A stretch of 64,000 nucleotides of DNA from NCBI GenBank assembly GCA_963713095.1, contig CAVQKK010000009.1, forward strand, positions 106,846 through 170,845. Reading direction: 5' to 3'. The stretch is from an uncultured Chloroflexia bacterium. Its GTDB lineage: Bacteria; Chloroflexota; Limnocylindria; Limnocylindrales; CSP1-4. Under the pieces are notes generated by a model. That model was not told the DNA's origin and did not search any database. It was given only the letters and a program-made list of their open reading frames with translations. Below, in pieces: positions 36,446 to 52,257 of this stretch (position 1 is its first letter; the number at the start of each line of letters is the position of its first letter). The position numbers and the translations under genes were made by a program.

Positions 36446-37571
36446 CTAATCGACCTGCACGTCGTCGGCGGACGGGGGCCGGCCGGTGGCGAGGCGCCCG
36501 AGCTCCGCCTGCATGAACGCGTCCAGATCGCCGTCGAGAACGGCCCCGGTGTTCGACGTCTCGTACCCCGACCGGAGGTCCTTCACCATCTGATAGGGGT
36601 GCAGCACGTACGAGCGGATCTGGTTGCCCCAGCCGGCTGTCACGTGCTCCCCGCGGATCCGGCGCAGCTCCTCCTCACGTTTCTCGAGCTCGAGCTCGAG
36701 GAGGCGGGACTTGAGCACCCGGATCGCGAGTTCGCGATTCTGCGTCGCGGACCGCTCGTTCTGGCAGGTGACGACGATGCCCGTTGGCAGATGGGTGAGG
36801 CGGATCGCTGACTCGGTCTTCTGAACGTGCTGCCCCCCGGCGCCCGACGAGCGGAAGGTGTCGACCCGGATCTCGTCCCAGTTGAGCTCGATCTCGATGT
36901 CCTCGTCGGCCTCGGGCATGACCTCGACCAGGGCGAACGTCGTCTGGCGCCGCTTCTGGGCGTCGTAGGGGCTGATCCGAACCAGGCGATGGACGCCTCG
37001 CTCCGCGCGCAGCCAGCCGAACGCGAACCGCCCGCTGACGGTCACGGTGGCGCTCTTGATCCCGGCCTGTTCGCCCTCGGTCGAATCGATGACCTCCGCC
37101 TTGAACCGGCGCCGCTCTGCCCATCGCAGGTACATCCGGAGCAGCATCTCGGCCCAGTCCGTCGCCTCGGTACCGCCAGCGCCGGCGCTGATCGTGAGGA
37201 CCGCATCCTTCGCGTCGTAGTCGCCGGAGAAGAGGAGCAGCGTCCGCTCGCGCTCGAACTCGCGGCGCAGGGTCTCGGCCTCGCGCTCGACATCGGCCTC
37301 GGTCTCCGCATCCGGGGTCTCGGCCAGCAGCTCGGTCAGCTCGATCAGGTCGCCGGCCCGTTTGTCCAGCGACCGCCACAGCGTGATCTCCTCGCGCAGG
37401 CCCTCGGCTTCGCGCAGGACCTTCTGGGCCGCGCGCTGGTCATCCCAGAACCCTGCCTCGCTGGCGCGCGCGTCCAACTGAGCGAGACGAGTGCTCTTGG
37501 CGTCTAGGTCAAAGACGCCCCGAGGTCGACCGGATCCGCTCGGCCAGGTCGCGGATGGACGCAGTGTCCAC
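36446..37571 (-). CDS. prfB: Peptide chain release factor 2, with programmed +1 frameshift
   Basis: Frame 0 runs from GTG 37571: VDTASIRDLAERIRSTSGRL then CTT TGA C (37514-37508), preceded by the SD-like GGGG. The +1 frame continues DLDAKSTRLAQLDARASEAGFWDD... and contains SPF and GGQ (SGAGGQHVQ). Confidence 0.93.
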
Positions 37572-37795
37572 TAGGTCCGTACCCGGAGGTCCTGGAGCAG
37601 GATCGGACGGAGCTCGATCAGCCGAAGGGCCGTCTTGCTCCGGGCGACGACGGGGTTCACGCAGGGGCAGTAGCCGTTGTGCGGGCAGACGCCGCAGTTG
37701 CCGTCACAGTCCAGGGCGCTGGCGTAGCTGCAGGTCCGGCAATCCCGTTCGCACGCGATCAGATCCACGAACTGGGCTTCCTCAGCCTGCTTCAC
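37571..37795 (-). CDS. Hypothetical 74-aa cysteine-rich protein (8 Cys; 2x CX3CX2C + CPC)
   Basis: MKQAEEAQFVDLIACERDCRTCSYASALDCDGNCGVCPHNGYCPCVNPVV.... Strong GC3 bias. GAGAGAGGGAG SD. The stop TAG shares one nt with the prfB GTG (TAGTG). Confidence 0.6.
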   Translation of the reverse strand: MKQAEEAQFVDLIACERDCRTCSYASALDCDGNCGVCPHNGYCPCVNPVVARSKTALRLIELRPILLQDLRVRT

Positions 37796-37866
37796 GGCTC
37801 CCTCTCTCTCGTTCTTCGCTTGTCCATCGGGCGGACGGCTCGGGACGAGGGCGCTGGTTCTCGGAA

Positions 37867-37890
37867 CGCGAGTCTCGGGGGCGCGAGTCT
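37867..37890. repeat. Tandem direct repeat CGCGAGTCT(N6)CGCGAGTCT in the 5' leader of the Cys-rich ORF
   Basis: Exact 9-mers at 37867-37875 and 37882-37890, both followed by GGGG. A third 8/9 copy, CGCGAGTAT, lies at 37933-37941 and overlaps the predicted -10. Confidence 0.6.
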
Positions 37891-37935
37891 GGGGCGGGTG
37901 AACGCCGGGTCCCTGGTGACGAAGAACTGTCCGCG

Positions 37936-37964
37936 AGTATAGGCGCGCGATTCACGCACGCCAA
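37936..37964 (-). promoter_or_regulatory. Sigma70-like promoter TTGGCG-N17-TATACT for the Cys-rich ORF-prfB unit
   Basis: Minus strand has TTGGCG (37964-37959) and TATACT (37941-37936), about 140 nt upstream of the ORF start. Confidence 0.4.
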
Positions 37965-38671
37965 GGGGTTGGCCGAGTTTCGGTGAATGTTTCCGCGATG
38001 GGCGTCGCGAAGCGACCTGCCCGAGGCGGCACGCTGCCGGCCGCCCTATCCGCCGGGCTGCTCGATCGCCGGTGCACCACCTGTGACGAAGTACACCGCG
38101 AGCGCGCCAAGCTCGTGCGCGGTGGCCGACAGCATCTGGCTCAGGTCGCCCCGGATGGGGGAGGTCAGCGTCGCCGACCCGTACGCTTCGATGCCCAGGT
38201 CCTTCGCGATCCGGAGCACGCGCAGCATGTGCGTGGGATCCGACACGAACACCGCGGATCGCTGACCGTGGGCCCGCATCATCGCAGCGACGGCCCGCAG
38301 TGAATCGAGCGTGTTGTGGGCTTCGTGCTCGCCGTAGATGGCCGAACCGGGCACGCCGTGGTCGACCGCGAACTGGCGAGCCACCGCAGATTCGGTCGTC
38401 CTGTCGCCGGGGAGCTTGCCGCCGGTGACGACGAACGAGGTGGCGATGCCGGAGCGCCACAGGTCCACGGCGTGGTCGAGGCGCGCCGCGAACACCGGGG
38501 ACGGCCGCCCGTCGTACTGGGCGGCGCCCAGCACCACGATGGCATCGACGGGGCGGCGCTCGTCCTGCCCGCCCTGCTCCCAGACGCGAACCGCGGTCGC
38601 CCCCACCACGACCACGACGGCGACGCCGGAGACGATGAGGACACGCACCAGATCTTTGGTCCTGCGCGCCC

Positions 38672-41686
<3,015 letters not shown>

Positions 41687-41695
41687 GGCCGGGTG

Positions 41696-41701
41696 AGTAT
41701 A
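41696..41701 (-). promoter_or_regulatory. -10 hexamer TATACT 9 nt upstream of the secA ATG (near-leaderless transcript predicted)
   Basis: Minus strand reads cacccTATACTcacccggccATG. There is no SD. Confidence 0.35.
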
Positions 41702-41771
41702 GGGTGAGCCGCCCGGAGACCCGGGCCCCGCCGGAGATGGTCGCGCCTTGGTCTTTCGGTGGCCGCCGGTA

Positions 41772-42026
41772 TCAGGGCTGGTCGGAGGCGAGGGCTCCGA
41801 CGTCGGGGACCGCCAGGCCGCTGTCGGGGCCGGTCGTCGGCAGGATCAGCGGCGCAGGCATGGGGGCCGGTGCCACCATCACGCCCTTGTCGACGAACAT
41901 GCCGCCGTTCCAGCTGCCGGCCACCAGCGTACCGTTGGGAAACAGCGTCGCGGTGAGCGCGGCAAGGCCGAACACGATGGCGGTCCCAGCGCCGAGCACG
42001 CCGGTCACGATCAGCGCTCGCTGCAT
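41772..42026 (-). CDS. Hypothetical small membrane protein (84 aa)
   Basis: MQRALIVTGVLGAGTAIVFGLAALTATLF..., GGGGGA SD, Pro-rich tail. Confidence 0.5.
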   Translation of the reverse strand: MQRALIVTGVLGAGTAIVFGLAALTATLFPNGTLVAGSWNGGMFVDKGVMVAPAPMPAPLILPTTGPDSGLAVPDVGALASDQP

Positions 42027-42054
42027 CACGATCCCCCGACGGTTCGTGCCGTCG

Positions 42055-42324
42055 TCAGGTTCCCGGCTTGGCCAGCTGCCACACGTTGAGGGCGTAGCCG
42101 GCGACGACAATGACAAAGGTGATGAGCCCCAGCACCGCCCAGAACGCAACCGACCGGGCGCCCGAGGTCGGGTTCATCTCCGGGTTTGACAGCTCGGGCA
42201 GCCGCCCGCCCCTCAGCGAGGCACCCCAGCGAGAGGAGCGAAGCTGGTTCCGCCAGTTGTCGTCGGTGACGGTCCGGGTCTCGAGGCCCCCCTTGCCGTC
42301 GGGGCGATGCAGCTGCAGGCTCAT
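42055..42324 (-). CDS. Hypothetical small membrane protein (89 aa, C-terminal TM)
   Basis: MSLQLHRPDGKGGLETRTV...SVAFWAVLGLITFVIVVAGYALNVW, with GGAGAA SD. Confidence 0.5.
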   Translation of the reverse strand: MSLQLHRPDGKGGLETRTVTDDNWRNQLRSSRWGASLRGGRLPELSNPEMNPTSGARSVAFWAVLGLITFVIVVAGYALNVWQLAKPGT

Positions 42325-42349
42325 GGTTCTCCGGGGTTGTGAGCGCGAG

Positions 42350-43480
42350 TCACGCGCCGGTCGCTGCCGGCATGGTTGATGGTACGCCGTCCTCGTCCAA
42401 GGACGCGCCGCCGCCCTCCTCGCCATCGTGGTCGCCCGGCCGACGATCCGGCCCGCGATCTGCGAGACCGTCCTCCCATAGCAGCATCTCCTGGGTGAAC
42501 GACACCTCGGAAGAGAACAGGGCACCCACGGACTCGCCCCGATGGATGCGCTTGATGGCCTCACCGATCAGCGGCGCGACGGACAGCACCCGGAGCCGTG
42601 GGATGTGCTTGGACGCCGGCAGCGGCACGGTGTCGGTGATCACGACCTCGCGGAGGTTCGAGGCCGCGATCCGCTCGACCGCAGGGTCGGACAGCACACC
42701 GTGCGTCGCGCAGGCATAGATCTCGGTGACGGACTCGCGTTCCAGCGCCCGGGTGATCTCAATCAGCGTCCCGGCCGTGTCGATCTCATCGTCCACGATG
42801 ATCGCCTTGCGACCCCGAACCTCGCCGATCACGTTGATGACCTCGGCCCGGTCGAGGTTGCCCTGGCGCCGCTTCTCGACGATCGCCAGCGGCGCGTCCA
42901 GCAGCTCTGCGAACGCGCGCGCCCGCTTCGCGAACCCGAGATCGGTGACCACCACGCATTCGTCGAGCTTCTTGTCGATGAAGTACCGGCTGAGCATGTG
43001 GACTGCCGTCAGCTCGTCGACCGGGATGTTGAAGAACCCCTGGATCTGGCCCTGGTGGAGGTCCATCGTCAGCAGCCGATCCGCCCCTGCAACCGACATC
43101 ATGTCGGCGATCAGGCGCGCCGTGATCGGCACCCGCGGCTGGTCCTTCTTGTCCGATCGGCCGTACGCGTAGTAGGGCACGACGGCGGTGATCCGGCCGG
43201 CCGAGGCTCGCTTGAACGCGTCGATCATGATCAGCAGCTCCATGATCGACTGGTTGACCGGGCGAGAGGTGGGCTGGACGAGGAACACGTCCTTCTCCCG
43301 GACGTTGTCCAGGATCCGCACGAAGATGTTCTCGTTGGCGAACTGGAACACCTCGGCGTTGCCGGGCTCCGTGTTGAGCCAGTGGGCGATCTTTCGCGCG
43401 AGCTCGCGGTTGGCGTTGCCGTGGTAGATCTCGAACTGGTCCGCGTACACGCCTGCCTCCCGAGCGCCGAAGGCGGTCAC
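42350..43480 (-). CDS. prs: Ribose-phosphate pyrophosphokinase with an acidic C-terminal extension
   Basis: [47 protein letters not shown] overlap with gyrA. Confidence 0.93.
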   Translation of the reverse strand: MTAFGAREAGVYADQFEIYHGNANRELARKIAHWLNTEPGNAEVFQFANENIFVRILDNVREKDVFLVQPTSRPVNQSIMELLIMIDAFKRASAGRITAVVPYYAYGRSDKKDQPRVPITARLIADMMSVAGADRLLTMDLHQGQIQGFFNIPVDELTAVHMLSRYFIDKKLDECVVVTDLGFAKRARAFAELLDAPLAIVEKRRQGNLDRAEVINVIGEVRGRKAIIVDDEIDTAGTLIEITRALERESVTEIYACATHGVLSDPAVERIAASNLREVVITDTVPLPASKHIPRLRVLSVAPLIGEAIKRIHRGESVGALFSSEVSFTQEMLLWEDGLADRGPDRRPGDHDGEEGGGASLDEDGVPSTMPAATGA

Positions 43481-46044
43481 GACGAGCGACCGTTTCCCGC
43501 ACCCTCCGGTCCTTCGTCGGGAGCGGGGTCGTCATTGTCTCCGATGACACCGCGGTCTGCCAGCCCAGCCTGGAACGCCGCGATGGCGACAACCCGGTCC
43601 TCCTCCGCGAGACGCATGACGATCACGCCGCGGGCAGCCGACGAGTAGCGATTGATGGTGTTGGTCTCGGTCCTGATCACCTGGCCATGGGCGGAGATGA
43701 GCAGCAGCTCCTCGTCCTCCGGTGTCACCTGCTGGACCGCGGCGACGAGGCCCGTCTTGCGACCCTCAAGCGCGATCAGCCGCACGCCCTGGCCGCCGCG
43801 ATGCTTGCGGCGGAACTCGGTCAAGGCGACCCGCTTGCCATAGCCGGTCTCGGTCAGCACGAGCAGGTCTGCCTCCGGATCGACAATGCTCATCGCGATG
43901 ACCGCGTCGCCCCGCCGGGCCAGCCGGATGCCGATGACACCGGCGGCATCGCGGCCCATCGCCCGGACCTCCCCCTCGGCGAACCGGGCCAGCATCCCCT
44001 GCGAGGTGGCGATGATCACGTCGTCCGCACCGCCCGACACGTCGACCCAGGCGAGCTCGTCGCCGTCGCTGATCGTGATCGCTCGGATGCCCGTTGAGCG
44101 GACGCGCTCGAAGTGCTCGAGCGGCGTCTTCTTGATGATCCCGTTGCGGGTGGCCATCACCAGGTAGTGCCCGGGCTCGAAGTTGGGCAGGCAGATGGTC
44201 GCCATCGGGTACTCGCCCGATTCCACCTGGACACCGGGGAGGTTGATGATTGCCATCCCCTTCGCCTGTCGCGATGCGTCCGGGATGGCGTGGACCTTGG
44301 CCGAGAACACGCGGCCGCGGTTGGTGAAGAACAGTGCCCAATCGTGCGTGTTGGCGGCGAGCAGGTGCTCGACGGCGTCCTCCTCGCGGGTGACGTGGCC
44401 GATGATCCCCTTGCCGCCGCGATGCTGGCGGCGGTAGGTCGCAACCGGTTGGCGCTTGATGTAGCCGCGCCGGCTGATCGTCACCACGACGTCCTCGTCC
44501 GCAATGAGGTCCTCGTCGGTCATCTCGCGGTTGGAGTCGTCGACCACCCGCGTCCGGCGCTCGCCCGCGTACTTACGCTTCAGCTCGGCCAGCTCGTCCT
44601 TGATGATCGCGAGCACCCGGGCCGGGTTGGCGAGGATGTCCTCGAGCTCGGCGATGAGCTGGATGACCGACAGGTACTCGTCCTCGATCTTCTTGCGCTC
44701 GAGGGCGGCGAGCCGGGCGAGGCGCATGTCGAGGATCGCCTGGGCCTGCGGCTCCGACAGGCCAAAGCCCGTCATCAGGTTGGTGCGGGCCGAGTCCACA
44801 TCGGCCGACTCACGGATGGTCCGGATGACGGCGTCGAGGTTGTCGAGCGCGATCTTGAGGCCCTCGAGGATGTGGGCTCGTGCGCGGGCTTTCTCGAGGT
44901 CGTACTCGGTGCGGCGACGGACGATCTCCCGGCGATGGTCCGTGTAGTGGCGAAGGACGCTCTTGAGCGGCAGCGTCTGGGGCTGACCGTCGACGAGAGC
45001 CAGCATGTTGAGGTTGAAGGTCGTCTGGAGCGCCGTGTGCTTGAACAGGTTGTTGAGCACCTTGTGCGGGTTGGCGTCCCGCTTGATCTCGATGTAGATC
45101 CGCATCCCGTCGCGATCCGACTCGTCGCGCAGGTCGGCGATCCCCTCAAGCCGCTTGTCCTTGACCTGGTCGGCGATCTTCTCCAGCAGGGCCGCCTTGT
45201 TCACCTGGTAGGGGAGCTCGGTGACGATGATCGCCGTCCGGTCGTTGCGGGTCTCCTCGAACGCCACCTGGGCCCGCATGACCACCCGGCCGCGGCCATG
45301 GGCATACATCTCCCGGATGGCGTCGAACGTCTCCTGCTCACCGGAGATTGGGTTGCGGCGCGTCTCGAACCGGAAGATCGAGCCGCCGGTCGGGAAGTCC
45401 GGACCGCGGACGAGGGCGCACAGGTCGTCGTTGGTGATGTCCGGGTTGTCGATGAACGCGACCGCCGCGTCGGCCACCTCGCCCAGGTTGTGGGGCGGGA
45501 TGTTGGTCGCCATGCCGACGGCGATCCCCGACGACCCGTTGATCAGCAGGTTGGGCAGCTTGGCCGGAAGGACCGACGGCTGCTTCTGGGTGCCGTCGTA
45601 GTTGTCGACATAGTCGACCGTGTTCCTGTCGATGTCGGCCAGCATCTCGGCGGAGATGGCCGTGAGGCGCGCCTCCGTGTAGCGCATGGCCGCCGCGGAG
45701 TCGCCGTCCACGGAGCCGAAGTTGCCCTGCCCGTCGACCAGCGGGTAGCGCATCGAGAAGTCCTGGGCGAGCCGGACCAGCGCGTCGTACAGGGCGACGT
45801 CGCCGTGCGGGTGGTACTTGCCCATGACCTCGCCGACGATCGCCGCGCACTTCCGGTAGGAGCTGGTGGCGGACAGCCCCATCTCGCCCATCGTGTACAG
45901 GATCCGGCGATGCACCGGCTTGAGTCCGTCTCGGACGTCCGGCAGGGCACGGGCGACGATGACGCTCATCGCGTAGTCGAGGTACGAGACGCGCATCTCG
46001 TCCTCGAGGCGGGTCGCGTGGACCTGGCCCAGGTCGTCGGTCAC
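43477..46044 (-). CDS. gyrA: DNA gyrase subunit A
   Basis: [37 protein letters not shown] (catalytic Tyr). C-terminal beta-pinwheel repeats. Confidence 0.97.
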   Translation of the reverse strand: MTDDLGQVHATRLEDEMRVSYLDYAMSVIVARALPDVRDGLKPVHRRILYTMGEMGLSATSSYRKCAAIVGEVMGKYHPHGDVALYDALVRLAQDFSMRYPLVDGQGNFGSVDGDSAAAMRYTEARLTAISAEMLADIDRNTVDYVDNYDGTQKQPSVLPAKLPNLLINGSSGIAVGMATNIPPHNLGEVADAAVAFIDNPDITNDDLCALVRGPDFPTGGSIFRFETRRNPISGEQETFDAIREMYAHGRGRVVMRAQVAFEETRNDRTAIIVTELPYQVNKAALLEKIADQVKDKRLEGIADLRDESDRDGMRIYIEIKRDANPHKVLNNLFKHTALQTTFNLNMLALVDGQPQTLPLKSVLRHYTDHRREIVRRRTEYDLEKARARAHILEGLKIALDNLDAVIRTIRESADVDSARTNLMTGFGLSEPQAQAILDMRLARLAALERKKIEDEYLSVIQLIAELEDILANPARVLAIIKDELAELKRKYAGERRTRVVDDSNREMTDEDLIADEDVVVTISRRGYIKRQPVATYRRQHRGGKGIIGHVTREEDAVEHLLAANTHDWALFFTNRGRVFSAKVHAIPDASRQAKGMAIINLPGVQVESGEYPMATICLPNFEPGHYLVMATRNGIIKKTPLEHFERVRSTGIRAITISDGDELAWVDVSGGADDVIIATSQGMLARFAEGEVRAMGRDAAGVIGIRLARRGDAVIAMSIVDPEADLLVLTETGYGKRVALTEFRRKHRGGQGVRLIALEGRKTGLVAAVQQVTPEDEELLLISAHGQVIRTETNTINRYSSAARGVIVMRLAEEDRVVAIAAFQAGLADRGVIGDNDDPAPDEGPEGAGNGRSS

Positions 46045-46084
46045 GTGGTGGCTCTCCTCCGGTCGGGTTGGTCAGCGGTGTCGG

Positions 46085-47070
46085 TCATGAGCGGTCGATG
46101 ACGTGGCGTTCGGCGGGCGGCACCTGGAGCCCGACGCCCATGAATGCGGCCGCCGTCGCGGCGGCGCGGGACGAGGAGGGGGCGCCGGGCCGTCTTCGAA
46201 CACCCGCCACCCTGGTTCGGAGCCGCTCGGCCACGTCGGGCGACAGCTTCTCGAGCGAGTCGCGGACCACCCAGGCCCGATGCCCGTCATCACGGGTCCG
46301 CGCCGCGTCGGCCTCGCGGCCGAGGAAAGCGCTCGTGGCCTCCCGGTCCACCAGCGTCAGCGACCGGAGCGCCCACGACAGCGCCTTCTGGACCTCGGGC
46401 TGCGCGTCACCGATCAGTTCGGCCACCAGGGTGAGGCCGCGAGCGGCGATCGCCGGTCGGCGCCCGGCGTCGCGATCGAGAGATGGGATGGTTGCGATGG
46501 TCGAGCCGACCAGTCGGCGCTCCCAGCGCGACGGGGAGTAGACGAGCTGCTCGAGCTCCGCCCACCGGTAGGGCTCCGCGAGGATACCCCGTCCGGCGAC
46601 GCGCGCCAGCGAGTCGACGGTGATCCAATCGTGGGCGTTCCGAGCTTCGCTCCGGACGAGCTGCCAGGCACGCTCGGGGTCCGCCACGATGGCCCGCTCG
46701 AGGATGCCGAAGGCAAGCCAGTGCAGCTCGAGGGGTCCCTCGCGGAGCAAGCGCTCGGCAAGGTCCAGGCGGCCGACATTGGAGTCACGGCGAATTCCGC
46801 GGCGCAGGCTGCCGCCCACCGCCGTCAGCAGCGGCTGACGAACGCCCAGCGCGGGACCGATGCCAGGCGCGACTCGCTGCAGACCAGCGAGATACTCGGG
46901 GTCGGCCAACCCCTCGAGCCCATCCCGCAGGATCCCGACGGCAGCGGCTGGATCCGGCGCCTCCTCCGCCGCACGGGCGCCGAGCAATCGAGCCTCCCCT
47001 CTCCGATCCGCGACGAGGGCCCGCGCGCGAGCGGTCGCGGGGCTCGGCGGGTCGGCCACGAGAGGACCGC

Positions 47071-47074
<4 letters not shown>
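46085..47074 (-). CDS. DNA alkylation repair (AlkD-like HEAT repeat) protein
   Basis: HDWITVDSLA...SPSRWERRLVGSTIA...PEVQKALSWALRSL. Start taken at GTG 47074 (GTGA overlap with the upstream gene). The longer ORF extension looks non-coding. Confidence 0.6.
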
Positions 47075-50429
<3,355 letters not shown>

Positions 50430-50433
<4 letters not shown>

Positions 50434-51299
50434 GCGCCCGCGCTCGCCAGCTCGGGATCGGGCGTCGGAAGCGGGTTGGCGGCCGCCGGAGCATTGGAGG
50501 CGGTGGGCGCGTTCCGCGTCCTTCCGTTCGTGCTCGGGGCGCGCCGATTGCGCAGCTCCAGGGCCAGCTGCCGGTACGCCTCGGCACCCTTCGAGTCGGG
50601 CCGATACAGCGCGATTGGCAACCCATGGCTGGGTGCCTCGGAGAGTCGGACGCTGCGCGGAATGACGGTCTCGAAGACCGCATCCCGGAGGTGTCGCCGC
50701 ACCTCGGCGACCACCTCAGCCGACAGGTTGGTCCGCGCGTCGAACATGGTCAGCACCACGCCTGCGATCGCGAGATCGGGGTTGAGGTGATCTCGGATCA
50801 GGTTGATGGTTGCGATCAGCTGTGACAGGCCCTCGAGTGCGTAGTACTCGCACTGGATCGGGACGAGAACCTTGTCGGCAGCCGTCAGGGCGTTGACGGT
50901 CAGCAGACCCAGGGACGGCGGACAGTCGACGAATACCCAGTCCCAGCCACCCTGTTCCGCTCGGATCGCGTTGCGCAATCGCCGTTCGCGGCTGACTTCG
51001 GCGGCAAGCTCGAGCTCGGCGCCCACCAATGAGATGGAGGACGGGACGATCCTTACGCCGGCAACAGGTGTGGGAACGTGGAGCTCTGCCAGTGGACGGC
51101 CGTCGACGAGCGCGTCGTACGCGGATCCCGCGATCGCAGAACGGTCTACCCCGAACCCACTCGTTGCGTTGCCCTGGGGGTCGAGGTCGATGACCAGGAC
51201 ACGATCCCCGAGGAGAGCCAGACAGGATGCGAGATTGACCACCGTCGTGGTCTTCCCGACGCCGCCTTTCTGATTCGTGCAGGCGATCGCCTGACCCAC
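50430..51299 (-). CDS. parA: Chromosome partitioning ATPase ParA/Soj
   Basis: NQKGGVGKTTT deviant Walker A, VLVIDLDPQGN. ATGA overlap with parB. About 35-aa Pro/Ala-rich C-terminal tail. Confidence 0.95.
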
Positions 51300-51463
51300 T
51301 CAGCCTCCCGTCCCGATCATGCTCGTGCTCCCAAATTCTAGCATCGGTCGCCGCTCCAGCCGTTCGGCGACGGGGCCAGCGAGGCGTTCTCGACGGGCCC
51401 CGGGCAACCGTCGCCATGATGGGCCCGGCCTCTCATCGCAGACTCATCCTGATCAATCGCCGA

Positions 51464-51477
51464 GTTTCACGTGAAAC
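51464..51477. promoter_or_regulatory. parS: parS centromere site (GTTTCACGTGAAAC)
   Basis: Perfect 14-bp palindrome matching the conserved parS core, 165 bp upstream of parA. Confidence 0.85.
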
Positions 51478-51756
51478 AGGCGGGGAAGCCTCGACGGGCA
51501 GTGCCACCTCGCCCGCGATCAGCCACCTCGTCCTGGCCCCGAGCCTGATCTCACCGAGTGGGTGGCAAATTCCCGAAGCGCACCTCGGTGAGCGTCGCGC
51601 GAACCCTGGCGACCAACGCCGGCAAGGGCCCGCAACGATTGCCGGTTCGAGGGACCCATGGGATACTGCGCGCGACATCCGCTGTCACTTCGTCGCCGTC
51701 GCCAACGGTTTCAGGCCCGACCGTCGGCCCGCAAGCCGAAGGATCGAACGCCTCAC

Positions 51757-52257
51757 ATGCAGCTCACCATCGCCGCGGCGTTCGCCGTGGTGGCCGCGCT
51801 CGTCGAGTTCACCGTCGCTCCGTACATCAGGGTCGGCGATACCGTCCCGCATCCCGTCCTCGTCTTCGGTGTCATCTGGGCTATCGCCGGTGGTCTCGAG
51901 GCAGGCCTGACGTGGGCATTCGTGGGGGGTCTCGCACTGGATATGCTCTCGCAGCGACCCCTCGGCTCGTCGGCATTTGCGCTCCTCATCGCCATCGCAA
52001 TCGCCTCGATTGTCGGTGGGTTCTTCAGCCGGGTGCGGATCGTTGCCCCGGTCCTCGCAACCGCCGTCGCCAGCGTGATCTTCTCGATGCTTCTTCTCGT
52101 CGCCGTCAGCGCGCTCAGCCCTGCGGATCTGTCAGGCCTCACCCCCGATGCCGTAGGGCGCTCAGCGGTCTACGACACGGTCCTCGCCGCGCTGTTCGGG
52201 CCCCTGGCCATGGCCATCGTGTTCCGGCGACGTGACGTGGAGTGGCTGGAGCGATGA
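51757..52257 (+). CDS. mreD: Rod shape-determining protein MreD
   Basis: About 166 aa with 5 TM segments (VLVFGVIWAIAGG...GLALDMLS). Immediately upstream of mrdA-rodA. Confidence 0.7.
   Translation: MQLTIAAAFAVVAALVEFTVAPYIRVGDTVPHPVLVFGVIWAIAGGLEAGLTWAFVGGLALDMLSQRPLGSSAFALLIAIAIASIVGGFFSRVRIVAPVLATAVASVIFSMLLLVAVSALSPADLSGLTPDAVGRSAVYDTVLAALFGPLAMAIVFRRRDVEWLER

Noticed and set aside
51300-51756. DnaA boxes that would make the parS gap an origin.
   Set aside because: I found no convincing TTATCCACA/TTGTCCACA-like clusters here by eye. The origin hypothesis for this gap rests only on the strand switch and parS and needs computation.
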